From a virus: 64,000 nucleotides of DNA. The number at the start of each line of letters is the position of its first letter. The stretch's first letter is position 1. The stretch spans positions 96,001-160,000 of the IMG/VR virus record IMGVR_UViG_3300005805_009577; one strand, given 5' to 3'. The translations under genes were made by a program, and so were the position numbers. The notes beneath the pieces were generated by a model. It saw only the letters and a list, made by a program, of their open reading frames with translations. It was not told the DNA's origin and ran no database searches. Positions 30,591-40,465 of the stretch are shown piece after piece.

Positions 30591-31294
30591 TCACAGACAC
30601 CAGAACTAAAAATCAAGATCTTCCAGATTATTTTTATTTAAAAATAATATTAGACTTTGAGACTTTAAGAAAAGAAGTAATAAAGTGTAAATTTAAAGGC
30701 AACAAAGAGTATAAAAGAAAAAGAAAAAATTATTGGCCCAGCCATCCAGAAAAAATATACAAGAATAAAGAATGGAAAGGTTGGTGCCATTTTTTAGGCA
30801 AAGAAGAACGTAAAAAATGGCCAAATTTTGAAAGCTTGAGAAAAGAAGTAAAATTAAAATTTAAAAATAAAAGAGATTATTTAAAAAACAGAAAAAAGAA
30901 TTGGCCAGGATGTCCGCAAATTGTTTACAAACAATGGAAAGGCTGGGAATATTTTCTAGGATATCATAAATTGAGTTTTGAAGAATGCAGAAAAGAAGTA
31001 ATAAAGTGTAAATTTAAAGGAAACAAAGAGTATAAAAGAAAAAGAAAGAAAAACTGGGCGGGTAATCCAGAGGTATTTTATGCTAAAGAATGGAAAGGTT
31101 GGTGCCATTTTTTAGGCAAAGAAGAACGTTTTAAACAATGGCCAGATTTTGAAAGCTTGAGAAAAGAAGTAATAAAACTTAAACTTAAAAGTATAGAACA
31201 ATACAAAGAAAAAAGAAAAAAGAATTGGCCTTATTGTCCGAACAGAACTTATAAAAAAAGCTGGAAAGGCTGGGAAGATTTTTTAGGCAAATAA
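30587..31294 (+). CDS. tandem-repeat protein (integrase-repeat-unit-like, four units)
   Basis: 4 x RKEV...Y...RKKNWP..P...Y..WKGW..FLG; repeat also visible in the DNA. Confidence 0.8.
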   Translation: MITDTRTKNQDLPDYFYLKIILDFETLRKEVIKCKFKGNKEYKRKRKNYWPSHPEKIYKNKEWKGWCHFLGKEERKKWPNFESLRKEVKLKFKNKRDYLKNRKKNWPGCPQIVYKQWKGWEYFLGYHKLSFEECRKEVIKCKFKGNKEYKRKRKKNWAGNPEVFYAKEWKGWCHFLGKEERFKQWPDFESLRKEVIKLKLKSIEQYKEKRKKNWPYCPNRTYKKSWKGWEDFLGK

Positions 31295-31296
31295 TC

Positions 31297-31494
31297 ATGA
31301 ATAACAAAGATTTTTTAAAAAGCTTTTCAGAATCATGTGAATTTTGTAATGAAAAAATAAAATATGTAAATAAAACTAAGTTTGTATGCAAACTTAATAA
31401 AGATTTTATATTAGATTTTAAACATGAAAGTGAATGCAAAAGACCATTTTACGGCACTTGTCTTTATAAGCCGCCGCCTATTTTTTCTAAATAG
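31297..31494 (+). CDS. small Cys-containing hypothetical protein
   Basis: ORF track. Confidence 0.5.
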   Translation: MNNKDFLKSFSESCEFCNEKIKYVNKTKFVCKLNKDFILDFKHESECKRPFYGTCLYKPPPIFSK

Positions 31495-31520
31495 TCGGCA
31501 AATAAAAACGTAACAGTTTT
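31469..31520 (-). repeat. dispersed ~55-bp intergenic repeat (copy E)
   Basis: Reverse complement reads AAAACTGTTACGTTTTTATTTGCCGACTATTTAGAAAAAATAGGCGGCGG, matching 50398, 50458, 50604, 53063. Confidence 0.75.
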
Positions 31521-31533
31521 TATAAATAACCTT

Positions 31534-31770
31534 ATGCCGCTTAACTTTTACGAATTATACCACTTACTAAATGAAAATACAGTAAGCCAAGAGCTTAAAA
31601 GCTTAAAAAAGAACTTCCCAAGGCTAAGCGGAGATATAATAGAAGCTAAAAAAGAAATGGCAAATGATCCAAACATAGTAAAAAACGTTAATGGAAATAA
31701 AATTAATGACCTTGCAAACTATGTAATAAGCCAAAGATTAGAAAGACAACATCTCGACCAGAATAATTAG
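31534..31770 (+). CDS. short protein sharing the N-terminus of 28414
   Basis: MPLNFYELYHLLNEN versus MPLNFYELYNLLNEN, also similar at DNA level. Confidence 0.7.
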   Translation: MPLNFYELYHLLNENTVSQELKSLKKNFPRLSGDIIEAKKEMANDPNIVKNVNGNKINDLANYVISQRLERQHLDQNN

Positions 31771-31872
31771 TTATAACAAGACAAACATGTTTCTTCGTGC
31801 TTATATTTGTTTTTGCACTTATATTTGTTATAATAAACTGCTGAATAACAAAACATTAAAAAGGATCTAAAA

Positions 31873-34211
31873 ATGGGATGGGAATATAGAATAAGCAAAG
31901 AAATTAGAACTCACAAATATCTTCATTATGATCCCAAGATAGTTTACGGCATCAGGCAGGTACACGTTAATGAAAACGGAGAAGTTGACTATAACAAAGC
32001 AAATCCGCTTTTTATTGCTGAAACATTAGAAGAATTAAAAGACAATATTCAGGAAATGATGAATTGTTTTGATAAACCAATTTTCGACGAATACGAAGAA
32101 AAAGAATAAACCGGCTTACTAAAAATATAATTTAAAAGTCAATAGTGGTAAGTAAAGGTCTTGATAGAGACATACTTTATAAAAGTTTAAAGAATTGTCT
32201 TTATAAAGAAGAAAATAATAACATATGAATAAGATTTTAGAAGATTTTGTAGAGCCTAAAAAGATTCTTGGCAAAGATTTAAGACAGGGATATTACTTTT
32301 ACTGTGCGTTTCCAAAAAAATACGGTGAGCCTAATATGGGTTATATAGAAATAATTAAAATCGAGTCTTGGGGAAAAGATCAAAAAATGCTATGGTTCAA
32401 TGAATTAAAACCGTCTCCTATGATTGTTAATGATTATGACTATTATTCTGTGAAATTATATGATATGCCTTGATAGCGGCCAATTAGCAGTATTTGAAAA
32501 AAATTCTGTCACTGACTATAATATTGTCAAGGAAACATAGCCAGAATGAAGGTATTTGTTAAATGGCGAGATAAAGATACTGTTCACGAAGAAATTACAG
32601 AATTAATTTACGAAGATCAGGTTTATATTAAAGGCACAGATATATCTTTTCCAATCGAAACGCTAGGCGATGATAAAATCATATTTGAAGATGAATATGG
32701 AATATGGGGAGTAGACAAAAAAGACATTGTTGAGATTAAAAAGGTTTAAAAAATGACTAAATTTATATTAATAGTTGAAGATGAAGACAAAAAAACAAGA
32801 TATTTTGGCCCATTTGATGACGGCGAAAAAGCATTAGATTGGGGAGAAAAACATTTCGATAGCGAAAATTACTTTTTAATGAGCACTACTCTTTACTATC
32901 CAACCGATAAGGAAAAGAATTGAAAAATATATTTGCACACTAATACTAGTATTTTAGATATATGTCTTAGAAGTTATACGGTGAAAAACAGTGATCAAGC
33001 AGGAATTTCTAAATTTACTAGAAGATTTAGTCATACAGTATGATAGAGCAAATGGTTCTTACGCAGAAAATGAATTTGAAGGACTTTGTTTTTATGAGTT
33101 TGTTTGTAAAAAATTAGAGATAAACCATAAAATAGAAGATATTGTTTCTTCAAATGAAGATGTTTATGGAAAATATAGAAAAAATCTTGAACGAGGTTGG
33201 TAAAAAGAGATAAAACAATGAGTAAAGCTAAAAATAAATTTAATTGTGATGTTAATGGCAGTATTATGGTTACCGCAGCATTACGATATGCTCTTGGACG
33301 AAATACTTATGTCCCCGGGGCAGTTATAGATTGGATAAACGCACATTGGGAAAATCTGGACGGTAATACTAAAACTGTAATTGTGCGTGATGTTTTTGAA
33401 TATCTTTATAAGGATTATTGTTTTAGAAACGATGCAAAGTTTACGGACGTTGCGGGAGATTACGACCTTAAAAATTGGGAAAAGTTTGGTATCGAAAATT
33501 ATTGGAAACTAGAGTACAATGAACGTAAAGATGTTGATCAACAAATCAACAGCAACAAAGAACGATCAGTTTGGTTCGTTGAAAAATTATACGGAACACA
33601 ACCAATATGAAAACGCAAAATGCTTTTACCAATGGTTTAGAACTACCCAGAATATCAGTGATGAGTTTAAAGCCAGAAGATGTGCTAGTATTTTCTACTG
33701 TTGATAAACTAAGTGCTGAAGTTTATCACAGAGTTGAACAAAAAATTATAGATTGGAAAAAAGATTGTAATATAAGCAACAAACATTTACTATTAACATC
33801 AGCAATAGAATTAAAGGTATTAAGACCAGAAGAAACGGAAAAAATGACACCTAATGAGAATCAAATTTTATGAATACCAACGACAAAATATTTGATAGTT
33901 ACGATGAAGCTCATAAGTATAGTTTAACCGTACCTTGGAAACTTGAAACTTGCAATACTGGAGAAACTTGTTGGTGCAGAATAATTCTTCCAACAGAAAC
34001 TATTAAATATAAAAGAATAAGAGATCTTGATAAGACAGAAGTAATAGACGAATTAGAATGGATAATTCCAGATGGTAGTATAGACAAAGAAACAGCTGAA
34101 TATTTCTTAGAATTACATCATGATTCGATTAATAAAAAGAAATATATTCATAATAATATGGAAAAGTTAGGACAAATAAACAGTCTTAAAGAACTTGATG
34201 GAAACCAGTAA
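31873..34211 (+). CDS. run of small hypothetical ORFs (31873-32109, 32225-32473, 32546-32749, 32991-33203, 33197-33610, 33607-33873, 33870-34211)
   Basis: Co-directional, overlapping start/stop junctions, several with RBS. Confidence 0.7.
32494..32522 (+). promoter_or_regulatory. sigma70-like promoter
   Basis: TTGAAA-17-TATAAT upstream of 32546. Confidence 0.6.
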
Positions 34212-34658
34212 TGAAATCAGTAATGAAAAAAACTATTATTAAAATTAAAACTTATAATCAAGAATCTAAAGAAAAAAGCTGGGTATTGACATATACACAG
34301 CAAGCAAAATTAAAAGGAAAATGGATAAAGACATACACAGAAGAAGCTAGAAAAGAAAGTTTTGTGGGTTGTTGACCCAATAAGGGGTGTATTAAGAAGA
34401 TATTTGTGGGAAATGTGCCCAAAACGGTGTTTTTATAATGTACATAAAAAACCATTATAAAACAAGTATTTAAGAGTTTTGATTAAAATGGGATTAAAAG
34501 GTAATTTAAAGTTGGCCTCGCCCCATCTTAATATAGCGTCTATTATTTCCGCGTATACGCTCTGAATTCACATTTATTAGTCTTTTCACATTATTTTAGT
34601 GCCTTATATCCCCTTATTAAATAAGGGTCTAGGAACGCATTTAAAACAATACTCGATA

Positions 34659-34835
34659 TTACTTCTTAGCGGCTAATTTACGCTTTAATTCTGCGTTTTC
34701 ATTTTGTAATACTTGAAGGCGATTAGTCAGATCATTGATTCCGTGTATTATACGGATGATTTGAGCAGCTTTATCATTTTCATATGTATTAGTGGCTAAT
34801 CTTCGTAATTCGCTTAAGTCTTCTTGATTTATCAT
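34659..34835 (-). CDS. small coiled-coil protein (58 aa)
   Basis: MINQEDLSELRRLAT...LQNENAELKRKL; below the ORF-track cutoff. Confidence 0.55.
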   Translation of the reverse strand: MINQEDLSELRRLATNTYENDKAAQIIRIIHGINDLTNRLQVLQNENAELKRKLAAKK

Positions 34836-34882
34836 AAAATAATATAGTATAAATATATTTTTATATATACTAAATTATTTTT

Positions 34883-35107
34883 ATGCAAGAAAAAGAATAT
34901 TTAGAAAAATGCTTTGAAGTCTTAAATAGTTTTAATGTCAGATACGATGCAGACACTATAAATCTAAACAGTGGGGATTATGGATGTATTCTAAATCCTA
35001 ATTTTAAATATTATGATCTTTTTGGAGGAGAAAGCATATATTCTATTGCAGAGTACGTAGCAAAAAAAACAAATAAAAAAATAATAATGGAGAATGAAAA
35101 CTACTAA
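34883..35107 (+). CDS. hypothetical protein
   Basis: ORF track; stop overlaps the next ATG. Confidence 0.65.
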   Translation: MQEKEYLEKCFEVLNSFNVRYDADTINLNSGDYGCILNPNFKYYDLFGGESIYSIAEYVAKKTNKKIIMENENY

Positions 35108-35676
35108 TGGAACATATTTGCCACAAAATACAAGGATATTTTAATTATCCTGATTTATACACAAAAATAGCCCAAGAATTACCAGACGGATTTAAATTTG
35201 CCGAAATAGGAGTGTGGAAAGGATGTAGTTTAAGTTATTTTGTGGTAGAAGCAATTAATGCTGGTAAAAACTTTACAGCATATGCTATAGACACATTTGA
35301 AGGTAGTATAGAGCATCAAAAAGGACAATGGTGCCACGACCCTATAGTAAATACTAAAGATGGATTATACAATCATTTTTTAAGTAATATTGAACCAATA
35401 AAAGATAAAATAAAAGTATTACGAGGTAAAAGCACAGATGTAGCCTTAAGTTTCCCAGATGAATACTTAGACACTTTATTCATAGATGGTGCTCATGATT
35501 ATGACAGTGTATTAGCAGATTTAAAAGCATATTATCCTAAAGTTAAACGTGGATCTCCGATATATGGCCATGATCTTGATTGGGCAAGTGTAAGACAAGC
35601 AGTAATTGATTTCCGCAAAGAAAAAAATCTAACGCTAACTCCAGTTAGTCGCAGCAGTTGGAAATTAAGTAATTAA
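35107..35676 (+). CDS. class I SAM-dependent methyltransferase (Methyltransf_24-like)
   Basis: FAEIGVWKGCS, AIDTFEGS, FIDGAHDYDSV..D, GHD. Confidence 0.9.
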   Translation: MEHICHKIQGYFNYPDLYTKIAQELPDGFKFAEIGVWKGCSLSYFVVEAINAGKNFTAYAIDTFEGSIEHQKGQWCHDPIVNTKDGLYNHFLSNIEPIKDKIKVLRGKSTDVALSFPDEYLDTLFIDGAHDYDSVLADLKAYYPKVKRGSPIYGHDLDWASVRQAVIDFRKEKNLTLTPVSRSSWKLSN

Positions 35677-35785
35677 AACATTATTTAATTATTAACCTTA
35701 AAAGGTGTTTTTGGGGTACGTCTTAGCGTTGTAAGCCGACACTGGTTCGGTAAAAGACTGGAATGATAAATTTAGAGGTGATAAT

Positions 35786-36016
35786 ATGGCTAAGGTTGAC
35801 GCTGCTTCGTTTGTGGATGCGTGGGTTAAGATTTATGAGCAGGGTGGCTCGCAGAGTGATGTTGCTCGTGAAATTGGCACTTCGGCTGCTAACGTGTCGA
35901 ATCGTGCTAAGAAGTTGCGTGATGCGGGAGTTGATCTTCCCGAACTGACGATTACGCGTGGTGTTAAGCTTGACGTTGAGTCGCTTAACGCTCGGCTGAA
36001 GGCTCGGATTGGTTGA
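35786..36016 (+). CDS. small HTH protein, cassette family copy 2 (recombinant)
   Basis: Motif at 35716; GAGGTG RBS; 5' part identical to copy 1, 3' part identical to the 40977 copy. Confidence 0.9.
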   Translation: MAKVDAASFVDAWVKIYEQGGSQSDVAREIGTSAANVSNRAKKLRDAGVDLPELTITRGVKLDVESLNARLKARIG

Positions 36017-36035
36017 AATTAATCAAAGGGAATAA

Positions 36036-36084
36036 TTAGTCCCCGGGTTTTCCGCAAGGAGAACCTGGGGCTAACCCTTTATTT
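36036..36084 (+). terminator. GCAA-loop hairpin / terminator
   Basis: TTAGTCCCCGGGTTTTCC-GCAA-GGAGAACCTGGGGCTAA; near-copy at 41223. Confidence 0.7.
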
Positions 36085-36166
36085 ATTGCTAAAATATAAA
36101 GACCTTCTCTGGGTACGGCAGTCTGTTGTCAGGGACGGTAATAACAAACATATAAGAGAACCTACT

Positions 36167-36268
36167 ATGGCTATTATGTTTAGTTGGATGCTTTTGATTG
36201 CTATTATGGCTACCGTGTTCGGTGCGGTTGATTTTGCCTTTAGCGTAATCGACCGATACTTATCCTAA
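36167..36268 (+). CDS. micro membrane protein (33 aa)
   Basis: MAIMFSWMLLIAIMATVFGAVDF...; motif at 36113. Confidence 0.6.
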   Translation: MAIMFSWMLLIAIMATVFGAVDFAFSVIDRYLS

Positions 36269-36426
36269 TCTTTATCAGTTTCTTTTACTGATAATAGTTT
36301 TTGGAGTTTTTCGTATAGTTGGCCTACAGCACTCATGTCGCTTGCTTTAAAACATCCGCGTTGTGAAGCAGCGTCAATAATAGCAATAATGTTTCCAATG
36401 TCCTGATCGTTTAGTTGATTTTCCAT
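36265..36426 (-). CDS. small hypothetical protein (53 aa)
   Basis: IIAIIDAASQRGCFKASDMSAVGQLYEKL, a pattern I recognise from small phage proteins; below cutoff. Confidence 0.65.
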   Translation of the reverse strand: MENQLNDQDIGNIIAIIDAASQRGCFKASDMSAVGQLYEKLQKLLSVKETDKD

Positions 36427-36448
36427 AAAATAATATAGTTAAAAATTT

Positions 36449-36519
36449 CCTAGGTGGAAACCGGTAGGCAAGTCACTCTTATAAGGTGACGACGCAAGGT
36501 TCGACTCCTTGACCTAGGA
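36449..36519 (+). tRNA. tRNA-Ile(TAT), atypical D-arm
   Basis: CCTAGGT/ACCTAGG acceptor, TCACT-CT-TAT-AA-GGTGA, CAAGG-TTCGACT-CCTTG; D-arm short and poorly paired. Confidence 0.7.
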
Positions 36520-36532
36520 CTTAATATTTAGC

Positions 36533-36730
36533 ATGGATACAGCCGCATATAAACAACTCTACGATCTTTATGTTGTTGCTAAGTCTGAAACAAATAATTT
36601 AGACTATATCAACGAACTGATTGACCAAATTTTATTTTTTGGAACTGAGACAAACAAGTTGACCAAAACCCATGTTCAAGAACGACTTAAAGATGTGCTT
36701 GAATCTATTGAACGATCGCTGCTAAAATAG
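36533..36730 (+). CDS. hypothetical protein
   Basis: ORF between two tRNAs. Confidence 0.65.
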   Translation: MDTAAYKQLYDLYVVAKSETNNLDYINELIDQILFFGTETNKLTKTHVQERLKDVLESIERSLLK

Positions 36731-36738
36731 TTTAATAT

Positions 36739-36811
36739 GGGAGTATAGTCCAACGGCAGAGACAAAGGACTTAAAATCCTTCAAGTTCAGGTTCGAATCC
36801 TGATACTCCTA
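36739..36811 (+). tRNA. tRNA-Leu(TAA), short variable loop
   Basis: GGGAGTA/TACTCCT acceptor, AAGGA-CT-TAA-AA-TCCTT, TCAGG-TTCGAAT-CCTGA. Confidence 0.9.
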
Positions 36812-37034
36812 CTTATGCTAGTTCATTTAGAAAACGGTAAAACTTATAAAATAGTAGAATCTTGGATTAAAGAAAAGAAAATCTACTATCCTGCCGACAT
36901 ATTAGGTATGAATCTGCCCGAACCAAAACCCAGGTTCAAATTAACGCCTAAAGGAATTAAAATAAAAGAATAAGACTCTTGAATCATAAATTTTTTTCTG
37001 ATATAATATTTTCAATTATAGGAGAAAAAAGTTT

Positions 37035-37619
37035 ATGATGATTACGTTTAATCCTGGTAAAAATGAATTATTTACCATGGAGTTTAATCGAAGAGAAGAT
37101 TGGAATCAATATGTAGAAAGTTTTAATAAAGTTGGTGAGTTGCAGCCTCTCAACCATCCAGATCGTTTTCCTTGTGTTATGATTTACGATAATAATATTC
37201 TTCCGATAGATGCAGAACATAATAAGTACTATAACTTTTTCTTGTATTATTATGCGAATGCTTAAGTTGAGTCCGAACGACAGGTTGGTAATACTTTTAA
37301 TATTGTGGAATATTTACTTCTTAATAGCATTAAAATGAACAGCATTGATGAACTTGTATCAAAGGTTCGTGAAGAAATCACCAACCGAGATATTAAAATC
37401 TCTCAGCTTAATAATACCATTGAAAATATGTATAAGGCTTTGGCCAAGATTAAAATAGATCTTGATCGAAGTCTACGAGGTAAAAAGGATGTATTAAACA
37501 ATGCAATAGCAGCAGTTGAACTTGCTAGAAGCGTTACACCTTATCATAATTATTCAACAGGTCAAAATACTATTGACCAACCATATTCAGAAGAAGAAAA
37601 GAGTAAGATTTTAGAATAA
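37035..37619 (+). CDS. two hypothetical proteins (37035-37265, 37305-37619)
   Basis: AGGAG RBS on the first; second is coiled-coil-like. Confidence 0.65.
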
Positions 37620-37695
37620 TAAAATTAGCAGCCCCTTTTCGGGGTACGGTCTGATAACGGCCCGATAACAACCATCCCTTTCCGCGAGGATACTT

Positions 37696-37896
37696 ATGTT
37701 TAATTTTGAAGGTAAGGATTACGAGTTGATCGACGGCAACATTGTTGACAGCCGTACTTATCTTTTGGTTTGCAACGAAGTTGCTACCAAGATTTGTGAA
37801 ACTTTCGGCGTTACGATGAAGCAAGAGCAAACTTCGCGGGAAAACATCGACGTTGCTTTTCTGAACAGTCGGATTAAGAACAAGATTGGTGCTTAA
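37696..37896 (+). CDS. small hypothetical protein
   Basis: GAGGA RBS; motif at 37644; GC-richer codons. Confidence 0.8.
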   Translation: MFNFEGKDYELIDGNIVDSRTYLLVCNEVATKICETFGVTMKQEQTSRENIDVAFLNSRIKNKIGA

Positions 37897-37898
37897 TC

Positions 37899-38972
37899 AT
37901 GGATAACAAGTTCACACTATCATCTGAAAAACTTGAATCACGACGGCTGTGTAGTGTAACTAGAGACTTGCTTTATGTTCGGGTGCGGTTTAGCGATCAG
38001 GCTAACGCACCTGAAACTATAGAGACAAGCAACTTTATTGTGAACAAAACGGCAACTGCTATTCGAGATTTTAGTGGAGGACAAGTTAATCTTTCCACTA
38101 CTATACGAGATGTAACATTGCCGTATAGGGCAAGTTATTATGGCACTAATACTTACACAATTTCTAATCACGCTCAAAATATACTTCGTCAATCTGGACT
38201 GAACCTGAATAATTACGAACATAGTAATTTCAGGTACAACAGTCGTGCAGGATTTTTTGTAGGTTTAGGAGAAGTAGGCGGTAAGATTACTTGGACTAAA
38301 GACTCTGATCCGGGTACGCTTATTCATGAAATTGGACATAATTTAGGATTGCGTCATAGCAGTTTTGTTAATCCAAATAATAATGCTCATCCTTTTGGGC
38401 CAGGACGAACTTTTGAATATGGCGATGTATTTTCCAATATGGGTAATGCTCGTTATACCGATTGGAACGCAACTCAAAAGTGGGCTTTAGGTTACATTTC
38501 AAACAACAGTGTTAGAGCTGTAAATGCTAATAGTTTTAATATCGTTGTTAGCTCTCATGACAATGCAGCGTTTTACAATAAAAGCGAAGTATATCTAGTT
38601 AATATTCCTATTGGTGGTAACAATTCAATATATGCAAGTTACAGGCGTGATGCCGGCGGTGTTGTGATTCATGTTGGCAATAGTTTTAGGCCAACCGGCG
38701 ATACTTTAATTGACGGCAATCCGCAAACTGAATTGAGTACAGACGCTGCTCTTAAACTTGGACAGTCAATTACCAATTTTAGAAGGCCGGGAGTTAGCGA
38801 CGATATTAGAATTACTGTAACGAGCATTGTGGGCAATCGTGCAACCATTAATGTGAACTTCGGTGCAGTCGTACCTAAAATAGCTCATAATGCAAACTTG
38901 ATTGCTGCATTTGCAAGCATGGCAAACGAACCTGTAGAAAGATGCAAAATCAGATACCCTGTTAGGTTGTAG
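37899..38972 (+). CDS. secreted metzincin metalloprotease (M11/gametolysin-like) with planctomycete-type N-terminal motif
   Basis: HEIGHNLGLRH zinc motif, YGDVFSNMG Met-turn; EKLESRRLCS resembles the planctomycete extracellular motif. Confidence 0.85.
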   Translation: MDNKFTLSSEKLESRRLCSVTRDLLYVRVRFSDQANAPETIETSNFIVNKTATAIRDFSGGQVNLSTTIRDVTLPYRASYYGTNTYTISNHAQNILRQSGLNLNNYEHSNFRYNSRAGFFVGLGEVGGKITWTKDSDPGTLIHEIGHNLGLRHSSFVNPNNNAHPFGPGRTFEYGDVFSNMGNARYTDWNATQKWALGYISNNSVRAVNANSFNIVVSSHDNAAFYNKSEVYLVNIPIGGNNSIYASYRRDAGGVVIHVGNSFRPTGDTLIDGNPQTELSTDAALKLGQSITNFRRPGVSDDIRITVTSIVGNRATINVNFGAVVPKIAHNANLIAAFASMANEPVERCKIRYPVRL

Positions 38973-39062
38973 GTTTAAAACTTAAATAAAATTTCAAGAA
39001 AACTTAAAGCCCCTTTTCGGGGTACGCTCTTGAAATGTCGGAGAGTTTACAGGGAGATAACA

Positions 39063-39578
39063 ATGCAACGTAGAAACTTTATCAAAGGCTTACTTGCAAG
39101 TACAGTTGCAGGAACTTTTCCAGCAACGGCAGATGCAAGTGATAACGTTCAACTTAATCAAAGAATTGTAAATATTGCCCGTGGTGCGATTGGCAAGCCC
39201 GGTGGCAATCGTTACAATAGTTGGCTTTTTGGTTATAATGTTATGATGGCTGCTGGTGGTCGTGGGCCTTATCATGGCCCGCAAAACCAATATGCTTGGG
39301 GTAGACCAATAGGTTGGAATGAACTTGGCCCGGGCGATTATATTCAAATTGAATCGCCAACTGTTTTTAAAACCCCTCCGCCTAATTGTCGTGCATATTG
39401 GGGTTGTAGTGGACGTTGCACTTGGATTGTTTTAAACAGACAAAATGGTCGAGCACCTGGAAGCGTACTTAACATAGCGTATATGTATCGTGTGAACAGG
39501 GTGCAGGCTGCTAGGATTGACGTTTGGGATAGAACTTGTGGAAACCAAATATATCTTTACAGACCACAATTACGGTAA
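39063..39578 (+). CDS. Tat-signal protein, NlpC/P60/CHAP-like fold, catalytic residues apparently altered
   Basis: MQRRNFIKGLLA..ADA Tat signal; NQRIVNIAR..IG...AAGG..YAWGRPI....PGDYIQ; motif at 39022. Confidence 0.6.
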   Translation: MQRRNFIKGLLASTVAGTFPATADASDNVQLNQRIVNIARGAIGKPGGNRYNSWLFGYNVMMAAGGRGPYHGPQNQYAWGRPIGWNELGPGDYIQIESPTVFKTPPPNCRAYWGCSGRCTWIVLNRQNGRAPGSVLNIAYMYRVNRVQAARIDVWDRTCGNQIYLYRPQLR

Positions 39579-39618
39579 TTTTTAAATAATTTTAATAAAT
39601 AGTTCAAGGAGGATATTA

Positions 39619-39849
39619 ATGAGCGACCGTGATAGTGACAACCAAGAAAAAGAAAAGAAAAAAGTAAAGTTTAACAGCCGCTTTGCTCGTGCTGTTTTGT
39701 TCTATGTTGAGAATGAATATGAAATCGTAATTGAAGAAAAGAGCATTGAAATACAAAGAGCAGCGTTAAAGCTGCTTAAAGAACTAAAGGCAGGCGGAAA
39801 TAACGTTCCTAACACGGCACATGTGATTGCTTATAATATTCCCTTGTAA
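39619..39849 (+). CDS. hypothetical protein, distant paralog family B
   Basis: GGAGG RBS; FARAVLFYVENEY...NVPNTAHVI. Confidence 0.7.
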   Translation: MSDRDSDNQEKEKKKVKFNSRFARAVLFYVENEYEIVIEEKSIEIQRAALKLLKELKAGGNNVPNTAHVIAYNIPL

Positions 39850-40059
39850 TTACCAATGATGAATTATATTGGCTATTACAAATCCGCAAGTTATAAAATT
39901 AACTAGAACTATTATGAATCTGATACCTAGACTTATCAAAGCCATTTCTACGCTTAAAATAGGAATATCAGGTGTATCACTATCATTAGTTCCTATTCTA
40001 TAATCTATTGTTCTGGCTAATAATAATACAAATTTACTAGATACTAATTTTCTTAACAT
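39850..40059 (-). CDS. small membrane protein
   Basis: GGAGG RBS and a TATAAATA box upstream on the minus strand; C-terminal TM. Confidence 0.75.
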   Translation of the reverse strand: MLRKLVSSKFVLLLARTIDYRIGTNDSDTPDIPILSVEMALISLGIRFIIVLVNFITCGFVIANIIHHW

Positions 40060-40178
40060 AAATCCTCCTTGAATATTAGCTTCCTAATAGTATTTATAAA
40101 AAAGAAATAATAAAATTCAATCATCCTTTTCGGGGTACGGCTCTAGGATACTAGCCGGTAAAACCTGAGAGAAAAAAA

Positions 40179-40427
40179 ATGAACACTATTTATCCAAAAG
40201 GTGCATGGAACGTACGGATTAAGGCAAACATTGAAACTTTTCTTGATGCCTATTTGACGGTACTTAACAACGGTGGTAATTACGGCGATGTTGCTCGAAT
40301 TATCGGCTGTGAAATCATTGATGTTCAATTTGCAGAAGTGCGAATCCGTGCAAGCGGAGTTAAACTTCCTAGGCTGAATTTTACTGAGGAAAATGATGAT
40401 CGAGTTGTTATGCTGATGCAGTCATAA
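40179..40427 (+). CDS. small HTH protein, divergent cassette-family member
   Basis: FLDAY....NGGNYGDVARIIG....RASGVKLPRL; motif at 40135. Confidence 0.85.
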   Translation: MNTIYPKGAWNVRIKANIETFLDAYLTVLNNGGNYGDVARIIGCEIIDVQFAEVRIRASGVKLPRLNFTEENDDRVVMLMQS

Positions 40428-40465
40428 AAATAAATAAAAGACTATCACATTATATACCGATTATC

